This document shows, one piece after another, positions 8,273-16,610 of a stretch of DNA of 44,532 nucleotides. A program made the translations under genes and the position numbers. A model generated the notes under the pieces. It searched no databases, was not told where the DNA came from, and worked only from the letters and a program-made list of their open reading frames with translations. This DNA comes from a virus (lineage: Duplodnaviria > Caudoviricetes), in the IMG/VR virus record IMGVR_UViG_3300042191_000124, positions 1-44,532 of that record; one strand, written 5' to 3'. Every line of letters begins with the position of its first letter. Within the stretch, counting starts at the first letter, position 1.

Positions 8273-8583
8273 CGCTCCCTCCCTGCGAGATACCGGGCGT
8301 ACCCCTGCACCGCCGCGACCTTGAGATTGACCTCCCAGTGCTTCTCGAATCGCTCGCGCCCCAGCTGGTGCAACGAGAACTTCCCCTCTCGATGGTGCGC
8401 GCTCCCGCACAACGGCACGGCGTTCTCGGCGTCCCCATACCGGCACGACTCCAGATGCGCCGCTTCGACGTGATCGAAGCCCCAGCAGCGGCGGCCGCAG
8501 ACGAGGCACGGCAGGGTGCGGAGATACGCGAGGAAGCCCGCGTCGAAGGCGTAGGTCGGCGGCTTCGGGCAGGCGCGGATCAT
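8269..8583 (-). CDS. DUF968/HNH-like nuclease
   Basis: FLAYLRTLPCLVCG...EAAHL...AVPLC..HH...LH.LG...FE. Confidence 0.75.
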   Translation of the reverse strand: MIRACPKPPTYAFDAGFLAYLRTLPCLVCGRRCWGFDHVEAAHLESCRYGDAENAVPLCGSAHHREGKFSLHQLGRERFEKHWEVNLKVAAVQGYARYLAGRER

Positions 8584-8948
8584 GGCCTCACCTCCAGCCG
8601 GATGCACGCGGGGCACACGATCGCGTTCACGGGGATCGGTTGCCCCTGCCACTGCAGCTCCATCCCGGCGAGGTACTCCGTCGTGTAATCCGCGCCACAG
8701 TTTGAGCAGATCACCGCCCAGTGCCGCGCGCCGGGGAACGCGTCCCTCGCGGCGGGATCACTGAGCCTCAGGAATCGCCAGCACCGGCTGCCGCGCATCG
8801 GCGGGTCGGCGTAGTGCGCGACGCGTTGCGCCCGCTCGGCACACGTGCTGGCGAAGCAACAGGCGGTCCGCTCGTCCTCGGCGGCACGGCAGATCGGCTC
8901 CTTCGGGGGCCGCTCGGCCGTATCGATCGGGACGCTGGGGGCGGTCAT
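8580..8948 (-). CDS. Cys-rich hypothetical protein
   Basis: 122 aa, CSNC...CPAC, coupled overlaps. Confidence 0.65.
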   Translation of the reverse strand: MTAPSVPIDTAERPPKEPICRAAEDERTACCFASTCAERAQRVAHYADPPMRGSRCWRFLRLSDPAARDAFPGARHWAVICSNCGADYTTEYLAGMELQWQGQPIPVNAIVCPACIRLEVRP

Positions 8949-9577
8949 CGACTCGCCCCGAACGTCGCGGCGACGCGCTCAGCATCGGCGACCGGGTGGC
9001 AGTCCAGGCAGAGAACTTCGAGATCGCTGTCCGGCTCATGCCCGAGGTTGTCGTAGCGCAGGTGGTGAACCTCGAGGCCCCGCCCGTAGAGCCCGCACCG
9101 CTCACATCGGTACGCGGCGCGGGCGAGCACTTGGTCACGTCGCGCGCGCCACTCAGGGCTGCGGATGTACGCCTTGTAGTCCGCGGATTGCCGTAGACTG
9201 TGCATCAAAATGTCACCGATCGCGGACAGACTCGAGCGTTTCGGCCGGTGCTTCGCCGTGCGCCAGTAGGCACTGGTGGCGAGCTCGAACATCTGACTGA
9301 CGCCGCTCCGCGTGCAGTACAGCGCGCGCATCGTGACCTTCTGGCCGGGGCGGAGCCAGTCGATCGAGCCCTCGTCGCGGAGCTGCGCCAGGCCAAGTAC
9401 CGCGACCTCGATCTGGGACTGCGAGCGGTGGATCAGGAGCCGCTTGATCACCGACCCTTCCCGCCGCTCGTCCCACGCCGGCGGCGGCAGACCATCGGGT
9501 ACCCACAGGCGCTCCCGAATCAGCGGGAACAGCACCTTGTAGGCGAGCCGCGCGTCGGCGGTGGGAGGTGCCGTCAT
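8945..9577 (-). CDS. Unknown N-terminal domain fused to an HNH endonuclease domain
   Basis: C-terminal YKAYIRSPEW...RCERCG...EVHHLRY...DLEVLCLDCH. Confidence 0.78.
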   Translation of the reverse strand: MTAPPTADARLAYKVLFPLIRERLWVPDGLPPPAWDERREGSVIKRLLIHRSQSQIEVAVLGLAQLRDEGSIDWLRPGQKVTMRALYCTRSGVSQMFELATSAYWRTAKHRPKRSSLSAIGDILMHSLRQSADYKAYIRSPEWRARRDQVLARAAYRCERCGLYGRGLEVHHLRYDNLGHEPDSDLEVLCLDCHPVADAERVAATFGASR

Positions 9578-10131
9578 GCGTGCTGTTCCTGCGCGGCGGC
9601 GCCAGCCGCCGATTTAGTCTTTGACTTGGTAGGAGATTCTCTCTCCGCTCGGCTTAGCTCATCTAACGCGGGACTTCCGTCGCCCTGTCCCTTGGACACA
9701 CGCGGGACGCGTCCGTTGCGGCGCGACCGTTCTAACCGCTTGCGCTTCCGGTCCTTGTGGAGCCGCATGGCCTCGGCGCCCGTCCACTCGCGCCAGTCGC
9801 GTACCACCGTCCGGCCGCGTCGTGTCACGACCATGTGGCCACTTTTCTTAAGCAACTCCCGCACGTCCTGTACCACCCATGTCGTGCCGGTGAGCCAGGG
9901 CCCGAGGGCGTCCCGGAGCTCGGCCGCCGGCGCGTCCGTGACGTCCCCCGAGGGGTAGTGCTCGAGCACGTGGGCCCAGAGCTGCTCGAGGATCGCCATG
10001 GCGATCGCGCGCCAGGCGAGCTCGTCGCGGCCGCCGAAGAGGTCCGCGCCGCTCTGGGCGAGCAGCTCGGCCAGGCGGTAGGTCTTCCGGTTCCGCGGGA
10101 GGAGGACGTCACGCTTGATCCACAAGCTCAC
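9574..10131 (-). CDS. Putative replication initiator N-terminal-type protein
   Basis: WIK...P.N.K...LA, LW, DW.EW, RKRKRLER pattern of phage replisome-organiser N-termini; GTG 10131. Confidence 0.5.
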   Translation of the reverse strand: MSLWIKRDVLLPRNRKTYRLAELLAQSGADLFGGRDELAWRAIAMAILEQLWAHVLEHYPSGDVTDAPAAELRDALGPWLTGTTWVVQDVRELLKKSGHMVVTRRGRTVVRDWREWTGAEAMRLHKDRKRKRLERSRRNGRVPRVSKGQGDGSPALDELSRAERESPTKSKTKSAAGAAAQEQHA

Positions 10132-10304
10132 CGCTTCCTCCGCCCCCTGGCCCGCTGCGCTTTGCGCCGGCAGCCTCGCATGTAGACCCGCATCGATTCG
10201 TTGTAGCACAGGCGACAGCGCGGGCGCCGCTTCCCGCGCTCGGTGTGCCAGGACACGTTCCGCCCGGCGATCTTGTGGCCCTTCGCGCACCGCCGCGCCT
10301 TCAT
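10128..10304 (-). CDS. Small basic Zn-binding protein (not in ORF track)
   Basis: 58 aa MKARRCAKGHKIAGRNV...RCRLC; coupled both sides; resembles the C..GH...R.C..C module seen on HNH nucleases. Confidence 0.65.
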   Translation of the reverse strand: MKARRCAKGHKIAGRNVSWHTERGKRRPRCRLCYNESMRVYMRGCRRKAQRARGRRKR

Positions 10305-10618
10305 GACGGCCGCTTCCAGACGCGGTGCAGATTCCCGTGACTGGCGTCGACGTCGCTGCGCCGGAACTCCTCGGTCGAGACGAGGCCCGCCTTCTGCATC
10401 ACCGCGCCCAAGAACGCGAGCTCGCGGCCCTTGGCCTTCGCCGGCAGGATCCCGTGGCGCACCGCTTCGCGGCGGACGTCCCCGACGGTCACGCCGTCGG
10501 GCCGCACCCGCGCGAGCCCCTGCGCGAGCGGGATGAGGCGCTCGATCAGCGAGCGGTGGTCCGCGGTGCTGGCCGTCGCGTCGAGCGCGTCGAGGCCCAG
10601 CTGCAGGGAGTCGGTCAT
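10301..10618 (-). CDS. Hypothetical winged-helix-like protein
   Basis: 105 aa, VTVGDVR...LGAVM...RRS...SHG...VW. Confidence 0.7.
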   Translation of the reverse strand: MTDSLQLGLDALDATASTADHRSLIERLIPLAQGLARVRPDGVTVGDVRREAVRHGILPAKAKGRELAFLGAVMQKAGLVSTEEFRRSDVDASHGNLHRVWKRPS

Positions 10619-10830
10619 CGCGACCCCGGGTAGAAGGCGCGGATCCGCGCGGCCCGCTCAGCCCGATGACCCGGGCCTGGCCAGTTCACGCCGCCGGGCG
10701 TCCCCGGATCCAGCCAAGCCGCACCGCAGTCATGGCAGACGTGCGGGGCAACGTGCTCGTGCCCGTGCTCGAGCAGGCAAATGCACGACGGTGCTGTAGT
10801 TCCGAACGTCGCGAGACAGGGACCGTTCAT
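10615..10830 (-). CDS. Small Cys/His-rich protein
   Basis: 71 aa from ATG 10830, CICLLEHGH...HVCHDC, coupled both sides. Confidence 0.6.
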   Translation of the reverse strand: MNGPCLATFGTTAPSCICLLEHGHEHVAPHVCHDCGAAWLDPGTPGGVNWPGPGHRAERAARIRAFYPGSR

Positions 10831-11102
10831 CGCCGGTGCTCGTCCCGGTCCGGACACGTGGCGAAGTGCGATTGATAGAGCAGCTCCCCCGGCGCGGGCG
10901 ACGTCGTGAACGTGGCCACGACATCCTTCCCGGGGCGCAGGTCGTCCTCGTTGAATCCGATCTGCGCCGCGTCCACTTCCTCGTCGATCCGAAACCCGCG
11001 CGGCGCGACCACGGGATCTGCGTCGACGGGCATCCGCTTCCCGTTGGTCGTGATCGTCCAGATGATCGGCGCATCGCAGGTGCGGCAGGAGGAGAGCTTC
11101 AT
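10827..11102 (-). CDS. Small Zn-finger protein, paralog of 5576-5818
   Basis: CRTCDAPIIW...GKRMPVDADP...YQSHFATCP. Confidence 0.8.
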   Translation of the reverse strand: MKLSSCRTCDAPIIWTITTNGKRMPVDADPVVAPRGFRIDEEVDAAQIGFNEDDLRPGKDVVATFTTSPAPGELLYQSHFATCPDRDEHRR

Positions 11103-11434
11103 CAGTTCCGCAGCGCCCACACGGCGGGGACCTGCCGCTGGATCTGCTCCACCGTCGCATCGCCCAGCGCACAGCAGAGCGGCCCCGCCAGCTGCATCGC
11201 GCCCACCAGCTTGGCGTCACTGCCGGCCGACTCGAGGAGGACGTCGGGCAGCACGCGGAAGGCGGCGAGGATCCGGAACGTGAATTCCATCGTCGCCTCG
11301 ACCGCCACGAACTGGATCGGGCTGTGGCGTTGGCAGAGGATCACGACGCGGCCGGCCGGGACCCAGCCGGCGAGCGGGATGGGGATCCCCGACGCGATCG
11401 GCGGCCAGGGGCCGAGGGCGATCGCGCGGCTCAC
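11102..11434 (-). CDS. Hypothetical protein
   Basis: 3' 110 aa of a long ORF; GTG 11434 overlaps the upstream TGA. Confidence 0.6.
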   Translation of the reverse strand: MSRAIALGPWPPIASGIPIPLAGWVPAGRVVILCQRHSPIQFVAVEATMEFTFRILAAFRVLPDVLLESAGSDAKLVGAMQLAGPLCCALGDATVEQIQRQVPAVWALRN

Positions 11435-11766
11435 GAGTGGGCCTCCCGTTCGAGCTCGGTGAGCGCGTTCTGGGCGGACGGGTCGAAGGACCAGTGCGGC
11501 ACGACGGGCGACGTGTCCCGGCGATAGCGCACCGGCCGTGGGCGCACGATCCCGAGTCCCTCGGCCACCTGGTCGCTCTCGTCGCCGGGATCCCGCTGCT
11601 CGGCGCCGGGCATGAGGCGCACTTCCTCGGGGGCCGAGTCGAAGTGCCCCGTCGGCGCGGCGGGGTCGTCGAAGCGCAAGGCGGGCGCGATCCCCCGCCG
11701 GCGCGGGGGCCGCTCGACGAGCCCCAGGACGAGGTAGAGCACCACCAGCAGCGCGAGCCAGATCAC
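11431..11766 (-). CDS. Membrane-anchored hypothetical protein
   Basis: N-terminal IWLALLVVLYLVLGLV hydrophobic helix. Confidence 0.7.
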   Translation of the reverse strand: MIWLALLVVLYLVLGLVERPPRRRGIAPALRFDDPAAPTGHFDSAPEEVRLMPGAEQRDPGDESDQVAEGLGIVRPRPVRYRRDTSPVVPHWSFDPSAQNALTELEREAHS

Positions 11767-12449
11767 CGGCCGATCTCCTCGGGGTCGAACAGGGGCGTTT
11801 CCTGGAAGTACTTCGCCTCGTCCTCGTCGTCCTCGAGCTCGTCGTCCGGCTCGGGCGGGCGCTCCTTGGGCTTGGTGGCGTTAGCCGCCCGGCGCGTAAC
11901 CCAGGCTTTACGGAGGGCCGCCGAACGCGTGCCGGGTTCGAGGTGGGCTCGCCGTCGATTGGTGGCCTGCTCCCTCGGCGTCGCCCAGCGGCAGTTGCCG
12001 AGCTCGTAGTTCCCGTCGCCGTTGATGCGATCGATCGTCGTTCCGGGCGGCCGGTCGCCCATGTCCTGGACGAACGCCTCGAAGGATTCAAGCCAGCGCG
12101 CGCAGACGGTGATCCCGCGGCCGCCGTACCTGGCGTAGTGGGCGGCTTGTGGGTCGAGGCACCGTTGCTTCATCGCCTGCCAGGAGTGGTAGGTGCGGTC
12201 GCCGTTCCTATGCGGAGCTACGCATCGACCGTGCATCGTGCGGGAGCGATTGAAGTCACCGATGATGCAGCCGCAACTCTGGCTCTCGCCGGATCGCAGG
12301 GCTCCGCCGGGAACGGCACGGGTGGTGCCGCACTCGCACCGGCAGAGCCACCACCATCCATGCACCTTCATCTCGGGCGGCCGGGGCGCGCGCTCGATGA
12401 CGAGCCAGCGCCCGAAGCGACGGCCGGCCATATCGGTGACGGCCCTCAC
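11763..12449 (-). CDS. HNH homing endonuclease (copy 1 of 3) with acidic C-terminal tail
   Basis: GRRFGRW...WLCRCECG...SCGC...W.AM.QRC...YGGRGI.VC.RW...DRINGDGNYE.GNCRWAT. Confidence 0.88.
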   Translation of the reverse strand: MRAVTDMAGRRFGRWLVIERAPRPPEMKVHGWWWLCRCECGTTRAVPGGALRSGESQSCGCIIGDFNRSRTMHGRCVAPHRNGDRTYHSWQAMKQRCLDPQAAHYARYGGRGITVCARWLESFEAFVQDMGDRPPGTTIDRINGDGNYELGNCRWATPREQATNRRRAHLEPGTRSAALRKAWVTRRAANATKPKERPPEPDDELEDDEDEAKYFQETPLFDPEEIGR

Positions 12450-12937
12450 GTCCACTCTCGCTTCAACTTTTTGCCGCACATTTGGCACGGGTCGTAGGAC
12501 GTTTTTAACTGGCACCAGTTGCAGGTGATCGAGCCGGCGAGCTGGGTGCCGGTGCGGGTCGCCGCGGTCGGCGTCGTCCCCTTCTTCGGCCGCTTCCAGC
12601 CGCCCGCCTTGGCGCGGGTGCGCACGGTCGGCTCCGAGACCTTGGCCGCCTTCGCGATCGCCACCACTGGCGTGCCTGCTTCCCATCCCCGGCGCATGGT
12701 GGCGAGCTGGGTGTCGGTGATGTTGCTGTGGCCCGTCGGCTTGCCGTTCCCCTTGCCGGCGGGCGGCTTCGCCTTCGCTGCCCGGACGGGCAGCAGGGTG
12801 AGGCCCGCCGGCACGACGGCGCCCGCCCGCCGGCGCACGGTGTCGATGATGGCGTCGATGTCCTGGGCCTCCTGCTCCACGGCGCGGCGTTGCTGCTCGA
12901 GCTGGGCCAGCAGGGCCGGGTAGTCGATCGCGGTCAT
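12446..12937 (-). CDS. Coiled-coil + HTH + Zn-ribbon protein, putative regulator
   Basis: PVVAIAKAAKVSEPTVRTRAK HTH; C-terminal CNWC...CQMC; ATG 12937. Confidence 0.65.
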   Translation of the reverse strand: MTAIDYPALLAQLEQQRRAVEQEAQDIDAIIDTVRRRAGAVVPAGLTLLPVRAAKAKPPAGKGNGKPTGHSNITDTQLATMRRGWEAGTPVVAIAKAAKVSEPTVRTRAKAGGWKRPKKGTTPTAATRTGTQLAGSITCNWCQLKTSYDPCQMCGKKLKREWT

Positions 12938-13836
12938 GTGTGCCCCGTGAAGAGTGTGGGTTGGAGTGCGGCGGCCGTGCGCGGCGAGAGCCACAGCGCC
13001 TCGGTGCGGAATCGCCCGGAGCCCACGCCCCCGACCAGCGTCCGCGTCGTGACGCAGGTCCATCCTGCGTACAGCGCGTCGTAGAGGGGGCTGGGGTAGC
13101 CCGAGACGATGGCGAACCCGGTCAGCCCGCGGGCGACCTGGGCTAAGGCCTCGTGATCCGCGGGGCCGAACTCGTGCAGGTAGCCCTTCCCCTTCCCGAA
13201 TGAGGTCCGGGTCTCAGGGAGGTAGGGCGGGTCCAGATAGAACAGGGTGTCGGCGCCGTCATGCACTCGCAGGAGCCGGAGCGCGTCCAGGTTCTCGACG
13301 ACGACGCCCTGCAACCTCGCGTGTGTGGCGGCGATCGTGGGGGGGACCTTGAGCCAGGACAGGTTGTTCGCGCGCCGCGCTCGGTAGTCAGCCGCGCGGA
13401 ATCCGCAGGTCGGGTTCTTGGTTGCGCCGGATCCGTTGAACCCCATGAAGCCGCGCACCACGAGGCAGCGCGCGCGCTCTACCGCCCCGCGTGCCGAGCG
13501 TTTCGCCTGATCGTATTCCTCTCGGGCGTAAGCCGTCCGCTCGATCCGGGCGCAGAGGTCACGGCACTGGCGGCGATTGCGGACGACGCGGAAGAAGTTC
13601 ACGACGTCCCCGTCCAGGTCGTTGTAGACCTCGATTGGCGACCGTTCCTTGCGGAGTAGCACGCCACCGCCGCCACCGAACGCTTCGACGTAGACGCGGT
13701 GCGGGGGGAAGTGTCCGATGATCCAGGGCGCGATCCGCCACTTGCTGCCGTGATACCGCAGCGGCGGCCGCGAGAGACTTGGCCGTGATACCGTAGCGGC
13801 GGCCGCGAGAGGCCGGACCGGAACGGCTGCCGTCAC
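12934..13836 (-). CDS. DNA adenine methyltransferase (D12/Dam class)
   Basis: LRYHGSKW, YVEAFGGGG, VYND, FYLDPPY. Confidence 0.92.
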   Translation of the reverse strand: MTAAVPVRPLAAAATVSRPSLSRPPLRYHGSKWRIAPWIIGHFPPHRVYVEAFGGGGGVLLRKERSPIEVYNDLDGDVVNFFRVVRNRRQCRDLCARIERTAYAREEYDQAKRSARGAVERARCLVVRGFMGFNGSGATKNPTCGFRAADYRARRANNLSWLKVPPTIAATHARLQGVVVENLDALRLLRVHDGADTLFYLDPPYLPETRTSFGKGKGYLHEFGPADHEALAQVARGLTGFAIVSGYPSPLYDALYAGWTCVTTRTLVGGVGSGRFRTEALWLSPRTAAALQPTLFTGHT

Positions 13837-14453
13837 TTGCCCCCCCGCTTGATCCGCTGGCGCTCGGCGTCCGCCTGGTCGTGCGGCTCCCCCTCATCCG
13901 CGAACTGCTCCATCGGCACGAAGATCTCGAGCTGCGCGCTCTCGACGGCCACGCCGAACCCGCGGAGCGGCGGATTCCACAATCCCCACCGCGCCACGAC
14001 GCCCGAGAACTCCGACACGTCGGGCAGCCGCACCGCGTAGGCCCCCGTCTCGGGATCCCGCTCGCAGGCCGACAGCGCGTGATCGACGCAGGCCAGGCGC
14101 TGCTCGGGCGTGAGCCGCAGCCAGAGCTTGTGATTGAACGCCAGCACGAAGTCCAGGGCGGTGAGGAAGGCGAACGGCCCGCCCGGGTGCGCGCTGACCG
14201 TGAGCTTCGAGTCGCCCCGCGAGCTGATGTCCTCGCGGAACAGGTAGGCGATCTTCGCGTTGACGAGCCGCTCGTGCAGCTTCGTCCGGATCAGGATCTT
14301 CGCGATCTCCTCGGGCTGCTCGGCCTTCAGGAACTTCTCGCCCTCCGGCCAGATGCTTCTCAGGGGGGCGTTCAACGCCTTGCTGAACTTGAGATCGAGG
14401 TCCCCGAGGTCGCGGGGCAGCTTCAGTTTCGATGGACTGGCGGTCGCGGTCAT
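13833..14453 (-). CDS. Phage metallopeptidase-family protein with degenerate active site
   Basis: W..LTPEQRLACVDHALSAC...PDVSEF.GVV.RWGLW versus family DHELxH...HDVEEF. Confidence 0.65.
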   Translation of the reverse strand: MTATASPSKLKLPRDLGDLDLKFSKALNAPLRSIWPEGEKFLKAEQPEEIAKILIRTKLHERLVNAKIAYLFREDISSRGDSKLTVSAHPGGPFAFLTALDFVLAFNHKLWLRLTPEQRLACVDHALSACERDPETGAYAVRLPDVSEFSGVVARWGLWNPPLRGFGVAVESAQLEIFVPMEQFADEGEPHDQADAERQRIKRGGK

Positions 14454-14480
14454 GGCACTCCCTCGAGGGGCTGCGGGTAG

Positions 14481-14548
14481 AGCGGCTGCTCCGAATCGAC
14501 GGAGACCTCCGAGCTGGTGGGCTCGGCGCTCGCTTGAGCTTCAGCCGC
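14481..14548 (-). ncRNA. tRNA-like cloverleaf with non-canonical loops
   Basis: GCGGCTG/CAGCCGC acceptor; GCTC-AAGC-GAGC D arm; CCGAG-CCCACCAG-CTCGG anticodon arm; AGGT; CTCCG-TCGATT-CGGAG T arm. Confidence 0.7.
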
Positions 14549-14793
14549 GAGGTGGCGGGGACGAAGGCGGCGCTCGCACGCCGGCCCATCCTTTCCGCTA
14601 CCGCCATCGCGTCCCGCAGAGCGGAGAGATCGGCTGTACGACCGACCGGCAGACCCCGCGGATTGCTAATCGCCGTCTAGAACTCTCCCAGCATTCCTTG
14701 GTTGGCGTCCCCTGCGCTGCGTGGCCTCGCTGGGGGCGGTGCCGTCTCCCGATCCTGCCACGCCACCGGCCTACCTCCGACACGCCAACCAGG

Positions 14794-14865
14794 GCGCGGT
14801 GGGGGTTTGATCCCCCGCTTCATCGGCCCCGGTCGGGTTATGAGCCCCCGGTCCGACCCCCACGC
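14794..14865 (-). ncRNA. D-armless initiator-tRNA-like element
   Basis: GGG-CTCATAA-CCC (CAT anticodon, three G-C pairs), GGGGG-ATCAAA-CCCCC T-like arm, GCGTGG/CCGCGC closing stem. Confidence 0.5.
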
Positions 14866-14937
14866 TGTTCGGCGGCGGTGTGTGACCCAATCCCTTGCGA
14901 GATCGCGCATGGCCACCCTGCTTCACGCCGCCTACGA

Positions 14938-16101
14938 CTACGCCAAGCCCGGCACCTTCTCGCCGGTGTACGGATCCCGCGTCGGGTCGAGCCCGACGTC
15001 GGCGAACGCCGCCATGCCGCGCTCGACGAACGCCGCCCGGTCGATGGCGGGGTCGAGCGGGCGCGCGCCCAGGAATTCGGCCAGCGCCTCGTCCAGCTGC
15101 TTGAACCGCGAGGCTCGCGCGGCCGGCGAGATCTCGTGCTCGGCCCGCCGCAGATCGAGCTGGAAGTGCAGCGCCGCGGCGCGCCACTGCCGCAGCTGCG
15201 TGTGATTCAGGTTCCGCCGCACGTCGCGCGTGACCTCGCGCACCACGAGCCGCACGACGGCCCCGGTGAGATCCCCGAGCTCCGCGACCCGAGCGGCGAT
15301 CGCGGCGTCCAGGTCCTCGGCGCCGAGCCCCGTGCCTTCGATCGGCGCCAGGTCCATGAAGCGCCGCGTCGGGCCAGGTCGGAACTGGACGGTTGGCGCT
15401 CCCGTCCCGAGCTCCACGAGCATCCAGCCTTTGCCCGGGATGCCGTGCTCCGCCTCCGCGCGCAGCTCGCCCCAGACGTCGCTCGAGACGTACTCCAACG
15501 CGCCGACGTAGGCCGCGTTGGGCCGCACCATCGTGTAGACGTGATAGTGGCCCAGGATCACGAAGTCCCACCCCGCGAACCGTTCCGGCGCGATGCGGTG
15601 GGCCGGGCGGTCCGCGCTGCCATGCGGGACGATCCCCTCGACGTCGCCATGGAACACGAGCAGCCCCTCGGGCTCGGCCGGCGGTTCGTGTCCTTCGGGT
15701 ACGCCCCAGACGATCCCGCTGGGCAGTTCGAGCCGCTGCGGCCGGTCCCAGACGACGTGGACGCGGGGGAGCTCCGCGAATAGCGGGAGCACGCACCCGG
15801 TTTCGGTCGCCCGCGGGATCTCATGGTTTCCCCCGACGAGCACGACGTGGAGATCGGGCAGCGCCTCGCACAGCTGGCGCAGCTCACTGAACGCGAGCGT
15901 GATGGACGGGTTCGACGGCCGGACGCGGTCGAAGATGTCCCCCGCAATGGCGAGCACGTCGGGGCGCGCGTCGCGGATCTCCCCCATGGCGCGCTGAAAG
16001 GCCTGGGCGACGTCCAGTTCGCGCTGATCCATCCCACCAGGGCCACTCCGATCGAAGCGGCGGTGCCCCAGGTGGAGATCGGCGAGGGCGGCGATTAGCA
16101 T
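14938..16101 (-). CDS. sbcD: SbcD/Mre11-family metallophosphoesterase nuclease
   Basis: ADLHLG, AGDIFD, GGNHE, FHG, LGHYH motifs; ATG 16101. Confidence 0.88.
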   Translation of the reverse strand: MLIAALADLHLGHRRFDRSGPGGMDQRELDVAQAFQRAMGEIRDARPDVLAIAGDIFDRVRPSNPSITLAFSELRQLCEALPDLHVVLVGGNHEIPRATETGCVLPLFAELPRVHVVWDRPQRLELPSGIVWGVPEGHEPPAEPEGLLVFHGDVEGIVPHGSADRPAHRIAPERFAGWDFVILGHYHVYTMVRPNAAYVGALEYVSSDVWGELRAEAEHGIPGKGWMLVELGTGAPTVQFRPGPTRRFMDLAPIEGTGLGAEDLDAAIAARVAELGDLTGAVVRLVVREVTRDVRRNLNHTQLRQWRAAALHFQLDLRRAEHEISPAARASRFKQLDEALAEFLGARPLDPAIDRAAFVERGMAAFADVGLDPTRDPYTGEKVPGLA

Positions 16102-16610
16102 GAGGCCACCGCCGGGACGGGCCGCCGGTTCGCCCGCTGCTCGATAGGGGTCGCCCATCGACAGTTGCCGGGCTCATAGTTGCCGGCCGGATCGATGCGG
16201 TCCAAGCTGCGGCCTGGTGGCCGCTCGCCCATGTCTGCCAGAAAGTTCTCGAAGCTGTCCCGCCACCGTGCGCAGACGCTGACGCCGACGGCCCCATAGC
16301 GCGGATACTTGGTTGCCTTGGGGTTCTCGCACCGCTGGCGCATAGACTGCCAGGAGCAAAAGGCCCTCGACCGGGTGTGGCCGTGCGTCGTGTGAACGGC
16401 GCGCATCACCGCGACCGCCATGCACCCGCAGCTCGGCGCTACGCCCCGCCGGAGGTTCTTGCTGGTGACCGTACACTCAGTCCCGCAATCGCATCGGCAG
16501 ATCCAGGCTGCGCCGCGATCGCCGGTGCGGTCGCAATGCGTGCCTGCGAACCGCAACACCACCAGTCGACCGAACCGTCGACCCGCGAGATCGACAACCG
16601 GGCGAGCCAC
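16095..16610 (-). CDS. HNH homing endonuclease (copy 2 of 3)
   Basis: GRRFGRL...WICRCDCG...SCGC...LDRIDPAGNYEPGNCRWAT; GTG 16610 in a TAGTG overlap. Confidence 0.88.
   Translation of the reverse strand: MARPVVDLAGRRFGRLVVLRFAGTHCDRTGDRGAAWICRCDCGTECTVTSKNLRRGVAPSCGCMAVAVMRAVHTTHGHTRSRAFCSWQSMRQRCENPKATKYPRYGAVGVSVCARWRDSFENFLADMGERPPGRSLDRIDPAGNYEPGNCRWATPIEQRANRRPVPAVASC

Noticed and set aside
14623-14688. Plus-strand tRNA-Ser (GGAGAGA start, TTGCTAA loop)
   Set aside because: No T arm or variable arm on that strand, and it is antisense to the operon.
14677-14916. 79-aa ORF across the structured region
   Set aside because: Low-complexity Arg/Pro/Gly translation, not coupled to neighbours; the RNA structure explains the region better, though the ORF is not fully excluded.
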